In this document: positions 28,590 through 37,448 of the stretch, one piece after another
Position numbering within the stretch: the stretch's first letter is position 1
Layout: the number at the start of each line of letters is the position of its first letter
Assembly: GCA_964572155.1 (NCBI GenBank)
Contig: CAZNDZ010000001.1
Location: forward strand, 582,518 to 646,517
Direction of reading: 5' to 3'
DNA: 64,000 bases
DNA from: an uncultured Planctomycetales bacterium
GTDB lineage: Bacteria; Omnitrophota; Gorgyraeia; Zapsychrales; Fredricksoniimonadaceae
The notes under the pieces: generated by a model
The model's database searches: none
Seen by the model: the letters and a program-made list of their open reading frames with translations, nothing else
Told to the model about the DNA's origin: nothing
Made by a program: the position numbers and the translations under genes

Positions 28590-31064
28590 ATGGCACCCGC
28601 AAATGGTAAGCATTCGGATTGGTCGATTTCCGGTAAAGAAATGACAAAAGAGGCATTAAAGGCGTCGTTTCAACACAATCGACAATACACATTGTCGAAA
28701 GATGAATACACTGCCACGATGCATGATAATTTTTTAGCCCTGTCATTATCGGTGCGTGAACGTTTGGTTGAGCGCTGGATTAAAACACAGCAGCATTACC
28801 ATAAAGATAATTCCCGACGAGTTTATTATTTATCCATGGAGTTCTTGATTGGCCGTTTGATGGGCAATAACATTTATAATTTAGGCATCGAGAAACAGTC
28901 TGCGGAAGCTCTAAAAGAACTTGGGATGGATATGGATGTTGTGCGGGAGCAAGAAGTTGATGCTGGTTTGGGTAATGGCGGTTTAGGTAGACTTGCAGCA
29001 TGCTTCTTGGATTCTATGGCAAGCCTTGGCATCCCATCGCATGGTTATGGCATTCGCTATGATTACGGGATCTTTAATCAGAAAATTGTGAATGGTTTTC
29101 AAGTTGAGTTGCCTGACGAGTGGCTTCGTGCGGTGAACCCTTGGGAATTTGCTCGTCCAGAAAACACGGTGAAAGTTGCTTTTTATGGTCGGACGCAAAC
29201 CTATCAAGATCAAAATGGTAAGTTAAAAGTCAAATGGATCGACACGCAAGATGTGTTGGCGGTGCCGTATGATACGCCCGTTGCGGGTTATAAGAATGAT
29301 GTGGTTAATACCTTGCGCTTGTGGTCAGCGCGCAGTTCTGAAGAATTTGATTTCGATTATTTTAAAAGCGGGGATTATGATCAGGCTGTTTATAAAAAGA
29401 TCCTTTCGGAGAATATTTCCAAGGTTTTGTATCCGTCGGACAATATAGATCAAGGTAAAGAACTCCGTTTAAAGCAAGAATATTTTTTCACCGCGGCAGC
29501 CATCGCAGATATTTTAAGAAGATATAAAGCGGAAAATTCCGATCTAAAAGAGTTGGCCAGTAAGGTGGTCATCCAATTAAATGACACGCATCCAACCTTA
29601 GCGATCGTCGAACTTATGCGCTTATTGATGGATGTCCATGACATGGAGTGGGTCGATGCTTGGGAAATCACGCAAAAAGTTTTTGCGTACACCAATCATA
29701 CCTTGCTGCCGGAAGCCTTAGAGTGCTGGTCGCTGGATCTTTTTGAAAATCTTTTACCGCGTCACGCACAAATTATTTTTGAGATCAATGCGCAATTCTT
29801 AAGAACCATTGTGTTGCGGTATCCAAATGATCATGACCGTTTGCGCCGCATGTCTTTAATTGAAGAGGGTAATCCTAAGCGGGTTCGAATGGCCTATTTA
29901 GCCATCATCGGAAGTGCTTCGGTCAATGGCGTCTCTGCATTGCATTCGGAGCTTCTTAAAGAGCATTTGTTTAAGGATTTCTATGAACTGACACCGGAGA
30001 AATTTAATAATAAAACCAATGGCATAACTCAGCGGCGATGGCTGCTTAAAGCAAATCCTAAGTTGTCTTCGCTGATCACAACATCCATTGGGGATCAATG
30101 GGTTACCAACTTAACGCAATTAGAACAATTACAGCAATTTGCGTCGCAACAATCATTTCGCGATCAATGGTTTGATATCAAACGGCAGAATAAAGAGAGC
30201 TTGGCAAAGTATATTGCCGCCAACATGAATATTCAGGTAGATCCAACGTCGATGTTTGACGTCCAGATCAAGCGTATTCATGAGTATAAGCGTCAGATGT
30301 TGTTTGCGTTATATATTGTGTCGCAATATTTGCGCATTAAGCATAATCCTAATGATTTTATTTGTCCGCGCACCTTTATCATTGGGGGCAAAGCTGCGCC
30401 ATCTTACCATATGGCAAAATTGACGATCAAGCTGATCAACAGCATTGCCGATGTGATCAATAAAGATAAAGATATGAAAGGTAAACTCCGTTTGGTGTTT
30501 TTGGAGAATTACCGCGTGTCTTTGGCAGAAAGAATTTTTCCAGCCAGTGATTTATCAGAACAAATCTCGACGGCAGGGATGGAAGCGTCAGGAACAGGTA
30601 ACATGAAGTTCATGGTTAATGGGGCGCTGACGGTTGGTACATTAGACGGCGCCAACGTTGAAATGGCAGAACAAGTTGGGATGGATAATATTTTTATTTT
30701 TGGTTTAAAGGTAAATGAAGTAGAATCTTTAAAAGAGCGCGGGTACCGTCCTAAAGAATATATTGATCGTTCTCCCATGTTGGGCCAGATCTTTCAATTG
30801 ATCCATGGGGATTTCTTTAGTCCAGAAATGCCAGGATTATTTGCGCCCATTGTGCAGTCTTTAATGCATCACGACACATATATGGTGTGCGCTGATTTTG
30901 ATAGTTATTGCCAGATGCAAGATAAAATATCGACGATGTATTTGAATCGCGATGAATGGGTCAAGCGATCGATCATCAATGTCGCAAAAAGCGGGTTCTT
31001 CTCAAGCGATCGCACCATCCGTGAATATGCTAAGGGCATTTGGAATGTTCCCGTTAGTCACTAG
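28590..31064 (+). CDS. glgP: glycogen/maltodextrin phosphorylase
   Basis: PLP-site EASGTGNMKFMVNGALTVGTLDGANVEM and overall GT35 length. Confidence 0.9.
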   Translation: MAPANGKHSDWSISGKEMTKEALKASFQHNRQYTLSKDEYTATMHDNFLALSLSVRERLVERWIKTQQHYHKDNSRRVYYLSMEFLIGRLMGNNIYNLGIEKQSAEALKELGMDMDVVREQEVDAGLGNGGLGRLAACFLDSMASLGIPSHGYGIRYDYGIFNQKIVNGFQVELPDEWLRAVNPWEFARPENTVKVAFYGRTQTYQDQNGKLKVKWIDTQDVLAVPYDTPVAGYKNDVVNTLRLWSARSSEEFDFDYFKSGDYDQAVYKKILSENISKVLYPSDNIDQGKELRLKQEYFFTAAAIADILRRYKAENSDLKELASKVVIQLNDTHPTLAIVELMRLLMDVHDMEWVDAWEITQKVFAYTNHTLLPEALECWSLDLFENLLPRHAQIIFEINAQFLRTIVLRYPNDHDRLRRMSLIEEGNPKRVRMAYLAIIGSASVNGVSALHSELLKEHLFKDFYELTPEKFNNKTNGITQRRWLLKANPKLSSLITTSIGDQWVTNLTQLEQLQQFASQQSFRDQWFDIKRQNKESLAKYIAANMNIQVDPTSMFDVQIKRIHEYKRQMLFALYIVSQYLRIKHNPNDFICPRTFIIGGKAAPSYHMAKLTIKLINSIADVINKDKDMKGKLRLVFLENYRVSLAERIFPASDLSEQISTAGMEASGTGNMKFMVNGALTVGTLDGANVEMAEQVGMDNIFIFGLKVNEVESLKERGYRPKEYIDRSPMLGQIFQLIHGDFFSPEMPGLFAPIVQSLMHHDTYMVCADFDSYCQMQDKISTMYLNRDEWVKRSIINVAKSGFFSSDRTIREYAKGIWNVPVSH

Positions 31065-31072
31065 AAAAAAAT

Positions 31073-31657
31073 ATGGAAACAATAAAAACAGGTATTTACG
31101 AGCACTATAAGCATAAACGTTATGAAGTCATCGACGTGGCGCTCCATAGTGAGACGGAAGAGCCTGTTGTGGTTTATAAAGCGTTATATAAAAGTGAGTA
31201 CCCTGAGGGCACATTATGGGTGCGCCCACTTGCGATGTTTCAAGAAAATGTCACCGTCGATGGTCAAAGTGTCCCAAGATTCAAATTTGTTGGGCCTGCG
31301 ACACATCAATTTCATCATCATTACCGCTCACCGTATAAACGCGCTTTGTTTTGTTTTATCTTAATTGCATTTACGATTTTGATAGGTACGATCGGCATCC
31401 ACATCCTTGAAAACATGCCATATTTAGATGCCTTCTATTTTATCAGCATGATCGCCACCGCCCAAGGCCCCATCACCATTCCCCAAACAGCCGCAGGCAA
31501 GATCTTTGCAGTGGCAATGTCATTCATTTCCGTCGGCACAGTCGTTGCCGCCTTAGGTTTCTTATTTGGTCCTTTCTTTGGAAAGTTGTGGCATGTGGGT
31601 GTTGTTCGCCTTGAAAAAGACATGCACATCATTCCTCGTAAAGACAAACATATATAG
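31073..31657 (+). CDS. DUF1653 domain fused to a 2-TM ion-channel pore domain
   Basis: N-terminal ~80 aa is DUF1653-like (YEHYKHKRYEVIDVA...GTLWVRPLAMF). The C-terminal part is TM1, a pore helix with filter AFYFISMIATAQGPITIP, then TM2. Confidence 0.55.
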   Translation: METIKTGIYEHYKHKRYEVIDVALHSETEEPVVVYKALYKSEYPEGTLWVRPLAMFQENVTVDGQSVPRFKFVGPATHQFHHHYRSPYKRALFCFILIAFTILIGTIGIHILENMPYLDAFYFISMIATAQGPITIPQTAAGKIFAVAMSFISVGTVVAALGFLFGPFFGKLWHVGVVRLEKDMHIIPRKDKHI

Positions 31658-32392
31658 GTGCAATTAATGAACGAAAATCCATTACGCTGGGACGCGCAAG
31701 GTGTTCCGCATTCGGTCATGTTCGATGATAAATACTTTTGTACGCAAGATGGGTATGCTGAGTGTTACCATGTGGCGGCGATAGGTAATGATTTGCCGGC
31801 GAGGTTTGCGGCGCTTGATTCTCGGGTACAAGGGACGTTTACGATCATTGAGACGGGGTTTGGGACGGGATTGAGTTTTTGTTGTGCGTGGAAGTTGTGG
31901 CAGGAAAAGGCGCCTGCGTCATGGACGCTTAAATTTATTTCGATTGAAATGTATCCGTTGTCGGGTGATGACATTGGCACGGCTTTAAGTTCTTGGCCTC
32001 AATTGGATGAATTGAAAAAAGCCCTGGTTGCAAAGTACAAGCCCGCAGCACGGGGACAAGGTCATTTTCATTTTGATAATCCGCGGGTGCATTTGATTTT
32101 AGTTTTTGAGGAAGTTGTTACAGCTCTTGAGGTTATAGCCCAAGAAAAATTGGCAGAGGGGGGCGCAGATGTGTGGTTCTTAAATGGGTTTTCACCTTTT
32201 AAGAATCCGCAGATGTGGCGCATGGACGTGTTTAAGGGGATGGTGCCTTTAAGCAAGGTTGGCACAACATTATCAACCTTTACAGTGGCGGCCGCAGTGC
32301 GTAGGGGCTTGGAGGAATGCGGGTTTTCGGTGTTGCGTGTTCCAGGATTTGGCACAAAAAAGACGGTGTTGTCGGGAGTTAAGAAGGCCTAA
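31658..32392 (+). CDS. MnmC-like tRNA (mnm5s2U34) methyltransferase domain protein (DUF752), standalone
   Basis: Matches the N-terminal methyltransferase half of MnmC (TFTIIETGFGTGLSFCCAW...DVWFLNGFSPFKNPQMW). No FAD oxidase domain follows. Confidence 0.65.
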   Translation: MQLMNENPLRWDAQGVPHSVMFDDKYFCTQDGYAECYHVAAIGNDLPARFAALDSRVQGTFTIIETGFGTGLSFCCAWKLWQEKAPASWTLKFISIEMYPLSGDDIGTALSSWPQLDELKKALVAKYKPAARGQGHFHFDNPRVHLILVFEEVVTALEVIAQEKLAEGGADVWFLNGFSPFKNPQMWRMDVFKGMVPLSKVGTTLSTFTVAAAVRRGLEECGFSVLRVPGFGTKKTVLSGVKKA

Positions 32393-32434
32393 TTCTTTAG
32401 CCTGATTTAGGTCGCTGGATTTCTTAAGAAAATG

Positions 32435-32443
32435 TGGTATAAT
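32435..32443 (+). promoter_or_regulatory. extended -10 promoter element (TGgTATAAT)
   Basis: TGGTATAAT at 32435-32443 in a 260-bp intergenic region. The -35 is weak. Confidence 0.45.
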
Positions 32444-32449
32444 TAATCT

Positions 32450-32620
32450 ATTATGACGCAACAAACGTATCTAAAACACAACGCGGCTGTATGTATTATG
32501 GCTTCTCCAGTATGGAGAAATCACGCGGGAGGGGTGTGTTTTTAGTACGTAGTCATTTATAGATTTAGTTACAGGAGTACTTAAAACCACCGATCCTTGA
32601 AAAAGCATCGGTGGTTTTTT
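32450..32620 (+). ncRNA. candidate ~170-nt small RNA or terminator-containing leader (unclassified)
   Basis: Bounded by the extended -10 promoter and an intrinsic terminator. It contains no ORF with an RBS, and I could not match it to a known family by eye. Confidence 0.3.
32587..32620 (+). terminator. rho-independent terminator
   Basis: 8-bp stem CCACCGAT/ATCGGTGG, a 12-nt loop, then TTTTTT. A strong SD and ATG (32654) follow 30 nt downstream. Confidence 0.7.
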
Positions 32621-32653
32621 ATTTTATAGTGTTTAAGAAAGGAGGGTAAAGCA

Positions 32654-32863
32654 ATGGAATATAAGGTTTTATTAAGCTTCCAAGAAGCTTTGGTAAAGCA
32701 AGAGTTTGAGTCTTGCCAGAAGATCATCGCTGATGCAAAGCAATCTGGGATCAATCAAATTGAGATTGATGCTGTGATCGCTGCGTATTTACGGGGTGAT
32801 GTGCGCGGAAAAGACAATATATCATATCCCAAAAACCGTTTAAGGTTTCTTAAGGAGAATTAA
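32654..32863 (+). CDS. small hypothetical protein (69 aa)
   Basis: Strong SD AGGAGGG 7 nt upstream. No recognisable domain. Confidence 0.4.
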   Translation: MEYKVLLSFQEALVKQEFESCQKIIADAKQSGINQIEIDAVIAAYLRGDVRGKDNISYPKNRLRFLKEN

Positions 32864-34361
32864 TTAATGATTGTAATTGTTCTAGATAATCCGCTGGTAT
32901 AGGGATGCCCATATTTTTTGCTTTTTGGGCATCCCCATACGCTTGAATGTAAAGTCCTAAGGTCTTCTGTGCAATTGATCGGTTAAAGTAAGCTTCCCCA
33001 AGCGATGGTTCAATGCTCAAAGCCGTACTAAAATCATCGATGGCTTTCTGATGTTGTCCTAACATGCCCCACATGGTGCCACGACCAATGTAGTTGCGTG
33101 CAAAGCCAGGTGATAATTCAATGGCTTTATTGTAATCAGCCAACGCTAACGTCAATTGACCTGTGCCATAATAATAATGCGCACGGTTGTTATAGCCCGA
33201 GAATGCGTCGGGATATGCGCGGATCACTTCATTATAAAAACTCAATGTGCTTTGCCAAACACGAGACTGTAGATGGGTTTTATAAATCATCAGGCCAATG
33301 AGAATAATGACAACGGTTTTTCCGACGCGTGATTTCCAAAGATTGCTTGAGAATATGCCAAGCAAGATACAAAATCCTAGGCATGGCAAATACATGAAGC
33401 GGTCATTAACGACGGACGCATCAACACCGACGTCGAAACGCAGTAAGAAGAAAATAGATAGAAAGAAGTATGCGCCAGCAAAAATGTATAACCTGCGACG
33501 ACGCCAGATGATCAAAGACATTAAGGCTAATACAAAGAATACAAGGCTTAAGCCATATGCCCACGTATAAATATGCACGGGCATGGGTAGTTTATAGAAG
33601 GCATAAACATTGGCAGGAAATAAAAATTTCCAAATGTAGAAGCCACATGACCATATCCAAACAAGCAATGCGCTACTAAAATCTGCAATAGGATTGCGCA
33701 TATTTTGCGCGTAGGTGATCCAACCAATACCGCCGGCAATTGCCATAAATGGGATCTTTTCCATCACGGTCTTTAGATTAAATCCTCGACGAAAATACCA
33801 ATCTAATAAGAATAAAATCAATGGCAAGCTTAGCGCCATGGGTTTGCTTAAGATGCTCAACATTGCCCACACAATGGCAAAGGCATAGGCGCCTGAAGAT
33901 TTATCCGTTATATATTTGGTATATGACACAAGGGCTAACATATAAAATAAGCTGTATAAAACATCCTTGCGTTCTGTAGCCCATGCGACAGATTCTACCT
34001 TCATAGGGTGAACAGCGAATACAAGCACGGCAAAAAATGCTGCCATAGATGTAATGTTTAAACGTTTTGTGAAGATGAAAACAATCCAACAAACCGCAAT
34101 ATGCAAAATGAGGTTATTTAAATGAAATATGAAGGGATTGAGCCCAAAAAAGAATTTTTCAACGGCAAATGAAAGGGTGGTTAAGGGCAAATAAATCTTG
34201 TTAATGCTTTGGGTAAAAATGAGTTGGATTGAATCAGGAAAATAGATGACCGCTGGGTTTAAGAAAATGTGTTGTGGGTCATCAAATTGCAGAAAACCTG
34301 CACTTAAGGCAGGCCAGAAAGCAAACGCGCACGCAATAATTACTATAAAAAATTTAATCAT
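32850..34361 (-). CDS. TMTC/PMT-like GT-C membrane glycosyltransferase with C-terminal TPR repeats
   Basis: N-terminal loop motif FLQFDDP, ~10 TM, and C-terminal TPRs (AHYYYGTGQLTLALADYNKAIELSP...YIGRGTMW...AIDDFSTALSIEP). Confidence 0.6.
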   Translation of the reverse strand: MIKFFIVIIACAFAFWPALSAGFLQFDDPQHIFLNPAVIYFPDSIQLIFTQSINKIYLPLTTLSFAVEKFFFGLNPFIFHLNNLILHIAVCWIVFIFTKRLNITSMAAFFAVLVFAVHPMKVESVAWATERKDVLYSLFYMLALVSYTKYITDKSSGAYAFAIVWAMLSILSKPMALSLPLILFLLDWYFRRGFNLKTVMEKIPFMAIAGGIGWITYAQNMRNPIADFSSALLVWIWSCGFYIWKFLFPANVYAFYKLPMPVHIYTWAYGLSLVFFVLALMSLIIWRRRRLYIFAGAYFFLSIFFLLRFDVGVDASVVNDRFMYLPCLGFCILLGIFSSNLWKSRVGKTVVIILIGLMIYKTHLQSRVWQSTLSFYNEVIRAYPDAFSGYNNRAHYYYGTGQLTLALADYNKAIELSPGFARNYIGRGTMWGMLGQHQKAIDDFSTALSIEPSLGEAYFNRSIAQKTLGLYIQAYGDAQKAKNMGIPIPADYLEQLQSLINSP

Positions 34362-34381
34362 CGTTTATACTATAGAACATT

Positions 34382-36034
34382 ATGCTTAAAAACAAAGCGC
34401 AAATTTGTGCATTTCTTCTCTGTTTAGGCGCGATGGGCATCATTGCATATTATGCCTTCGTGACCGTCAATTGTTTGGCTTACCCGTGGTGGGTTGGACT
34501 TGGCAGCGATGGTGATGGCACGTATGTGACCCAAACCTTGCTGTTACTTAACAATGGTCCTTTGGAATTGATTTTTCATCCAGGAGCCAGTGCGTATGGT
34601 TTGCTTGGGATCATCTTGCGTATCATAGGAAATTTAGATCCCACGCATGCATTTCTGTCATTATCTGCAATGCAAAATCCTGTGCAAGTTTTTGCGATGT
34701 TAGATCATGCCATGCATGTTTCTCGTCTGGTTGTCGTTATCCTTAATATGATATGCCTCTTGCTTTTCTGGCGAGTTTTGTATCAATTGAGTAAAAATCT
34801 TTTGATTGCGTTGGGGTTATCTGCATTCTTCATGACCACCTATTTTATGATGGAACAGCGGGCTTTTATCATTCGACCGGAGATCTTTAGTTTCTTTTAT
34901 ATGTTGTTGTGTGTCACGTTATTGATAAGCACACAACAACGCCTCGCATCAGGGCTGTCGGTAGGTATTTTTAGAATGATGGGCATAGGCATTCTTGCTG
35001 GATTAGCTTTCTTAGCAAAGTTCCAGACGTTGCCATTGATCGCGTGTCTCTTTATTTGGTGGGTTTTTGCAACATCCAGTAAATTTCAAAAGAATATCGA
35101 GACCCGCATCCTTTGGGTTGCTTGTGCTAGTGCGGTTGTGAATATTGTCATCATGCCATGGTCATGGCTCAAACGTCCTGATTTTTTATTAGATTTTTTA
35201 AAGAACTTATACTATTTGCGTGAAGAGCATCAGCTCTATGGGCCTGCACCTGCGAGTGTTGCACCTGTGTATGCAGTAGTCCTATTTTTATTATTAGCCA
35301 TTTCTCTGGCGGCTGCATGTATAAGGCATCCTTATCAGAATATAGTCGCTAGGTATTTGATTAAGATAAATTTCTTTATTACAGGATTCATTGCGTCGTG
35401 TTATCTGGTTTTTTTAGGTTTAGGGCAGAGCATGGCTGCATATGTGGCAGCATCTAATCATTTATTATATTCTGTAACAACCAATGTTTTATACGGCGGG
35501 GCTGCAAATCATCGCATGATTGATCATAGGACATTCGAGGCGATCGTAAATGTTCATAATGGCAGTCAGATTCTTGGTGTGAGTGTATTATGGTATGTAG
35601 TTGCGGCAGCCTGCTTTTGTTTTATTCGCTTGCTACGATCATCGACGGAAAGAAATAAGTATGGGCTAGTCTTGCTGGTGTTTGCCATTGGCTTAACCAT
35701 GGATATCTTGTCTACATTTAGGCAGTATTCCAAAGAGCAGGTCATCATTGTTGCGTCATATGCGATTTATTCTTTATCTGTTTACTGTTGTGGCCTAGCG
35801 TTATTATGTGCTTTGGAAATGCAAGTGCTGCGGCAGCGTTTAGGCAAGATGCAGATTCAAACCATTGTAAGTTTTGCATTAATGTTTAATATGTTGATTG
35901 TCGCCAATCACGTTTGGCGTCTGGAGCGCTGGGATGTGGTTAATCATCGGGGCCAGAACGCACAGCAAGAAATGTTAAACACAACCTCACAAGTGCCTGG
36001 TTTTTGGCACATGGTTTCACAAGGGAAGATTTAA
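34382..36034 (+). CDS. polytopic membrane protein (possible GT-C-type glycosyltransferase), unknown function
   Basis: ~13 predicted TM segments; first periplasmic loop has WWVGLGSDGDGTYV. Confidence 0.35.
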   Translation: MLKNKAQICAFLLCLGAMGIIAYYAFVTVNCLAYPWWVGLGSDGDGTYVTQTLLLLNNGPLELIFHPGASAYGLLGIILRIIGNLDPTHAFLSLSAMQNPVQVFAMLDHAMHVSRLVVVILNMICLLLFWRVLYQLSKNLLIALGLSAFFMTTYFMMEQRAFIIRPEIFSFFYMLLCVTLLISTQQRLASGLSVGIFRMMGIGILAGLAFLAKFQTLPLIACLFIWWVFATSSKFQKNIETRILWVACASAVVNIVIMPWSWLKRPDFLLDFLKNLYYLREEHQLYGPAPASVAPVYAVVLFLLLAISLAAACIRHPYQNIVARYLIKINFFITGFIASCYLVFLGLGQSMAAYVAASNHLLYSVTTNVLYGGAANHRMIDHRTFEAIVNVHNGSQILGVSVLWYVVAAACFCFIRLLRSSTERNKYGLVLLVFAIGLTMDILSTFRQYSKEQVIIVASYAIYSLSVYCCGLALLCALEMQVLRQRLGKMQIQTIVSFALMFNMLIVANHVWRLERWDVVNHRGQNAQQEMLNTTSQVPGFWHMVSQGKI

Positions 36035-36036
36035 GC

Positions 36037-36900
36037 ATGATCAAACGCATCTTGATCGCCATCGTAGCGATTGTCCTTGTTGGTTCTATTTACGTCGCGC
36101 TCAATGCAAAACGTTGGGCGATGGCTTATATAAAGAAAGAAATCAGTGAATCATTACAAACCAAATCTGTGACGATCAAAGATTTGCGATTGCCGCTTCA
36201 TGGCCCAATTGTCTTAAATGGGCTTGTGATCAAAAAAGATAATGTGATGGAATTAAATGTCAGCGACATTGTCCTTGATAAAGGCATTTGGTCAGTATTC
36301 AGTGGTAGTACCGGCGATATACACATTAAATCTGTTCTTGTGAATCAACTGATGATTCAAAATGTGCACTTAAACGTTTGGTGGCATAAGCAAGATTTGG
36401 TCTTTCATATTCTAGACGGCAAGATTTTAAATGGGACAATGAAGGGTAATGCCATTTTTGAATTACGAACGATACCAGCGTATCAAGCCCGTTTGGATTT
36501 AGTTGACATTAGCTTGCCAAAGTTCATCAATGATTTTAAATTGCAAAAGAAGTTATCATTATCGGGAAAAGTTTCAGGGGTGATTGAGGTTAAGGGCAGC
36601 GGCAAGAACTTTAGCATTATTCATGGTGATTTAAGTAACGTCGACAAAGGCGGTGAACTGATCATCGAAGACACGGTATTCTTAAAGCAAATGGTTAAGA
36701 GCATGAAGTTAGATAAGTATGCAGGATCAGAAGATTTAGTTGTGGCTAGTTTAAAACATTATCTTTATAATAAATTAAAAGCATCGTTGAATTTAGAGAA
36801 GGGCGATTTATTTTTAGAAGCGACGTTAGAAGGGGATGCGGGTAAGCGTAGTTTTCCCATTGTGTATCATGATTTTAATTTAGAAAGGTTAGGTTTATGA
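36037..36900 (+). CDS. short AsmA-family / YdbH-like protein (single N-terminal TM anchor)
   Basis: N-terminal TM (ILIAIVAIVLVGSIYV) followed by a beta-rich region. Sits immediately upstream of the YnbE-YdbL fusion gene, and the ydbH-ynbE-ydbL order is conserved in Proteobacteria. Confidence 0.45.
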   Translation: MIKRILIAIVAIVLVGSIYVALNAKRWAMAYIKKEISESLQTKSVTIKDLRLPLHGPIVLNGLVIKKDNVMELNVSDIVLDKGIWSVFSGSTGDIHIKSVLVNQLMIQNVHLNVWWHKQDLVFHILDGKILNGTMKGNAIFELRTIPAYQARLDLVDISLPKFINDFKLQKKLSLSGKVSGVIEVKGSGKNFSIIHGDLSNVDKGGELIIEDTVFLKQMVKSMKLDKYAGSEDLVVASLKHYLYNKLKASLNLEKGDLFLEATLEGDAGKRSFPIVYHDFNLERLGL

Positions 36901-37448
36901 AAGAATTCCTCGTTGTAGTAGCATCAGCAGTATTCCTTGCCGGTTGTGCGCACATTACAGTTGATGCGCCAAAAGAGCCCATTAAATTAGACGTTACCAT
37001 GCGGTTGGATATTTATCAACATATTCAAAGTGATATCGATGACATTGAAAATATGGTGAGCGGTTCTGGCAAAAAAGCACAAGCCAAAGATAAGCATAGC
37101 TTCTTAGAATTATTAATCACCAATGCGTATGCCCAAGAGGGTTTAGGAGCGCAAGTCCAAGAAGCGGTTGAACGTCGCAAAGCACGTCGAGATGAACTGA
37201 TCGCTTTAGAGGAATCTGGGGCTATTGGCGAAAACAGCAGTGGCATGGTTGTTGTTAAGAAACCAGCTGGTAATGCCGCAGCCTTGGTCAGCGCTGAGAA
37301 TGCCGATCGCAAGGCCATTTATCAAGCGGTTGCCGATAAAAATGGCAGTTCTGCGGATGAGGTAGCTGCTTTGTATGCCAAGCGTTTACAGAATGATGCG
37401 CCTTCAGGAACACCTATTGAAACAGACGGTGGATGGCAGATAAAGTAA
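36897..37448 (+). CDS. YnbE-like lipoprotein fused to a YdbL (DUF1318) domain
   Basis: Lipobox FLAGCAHITVDAPKEPIKLDVTMRLDIY (the YnbE hallmark APKEPI), and a C-terminal DUF1318 consensus AIYQAVADKNGSSADEVAALYAKRLQNDAPSGTPIETDGGWQIK. Confidence 0.65.
   Translation: MKEFLVVVASAVFLAGCAHITVDAPKEPIKLDVTMRLDIYQHIQSDIDDIENMVSGSGKKAQAKDKHSFLELLITNAYAQEGLGAQVQEAVERRKARRDELIALEESGAIGENSSGMVVVKKPAGNAAALVSAENADRKAIYQAVADKNGSSADEVAALYAKRLQNDAPSGTPIETDGGWQIK

Noticed and set aside
28552-28746. 64-aa minus-strand ORF at the glgP 5' end
   Set aside because: Antisense to the glgP start and promoter region, with no support.
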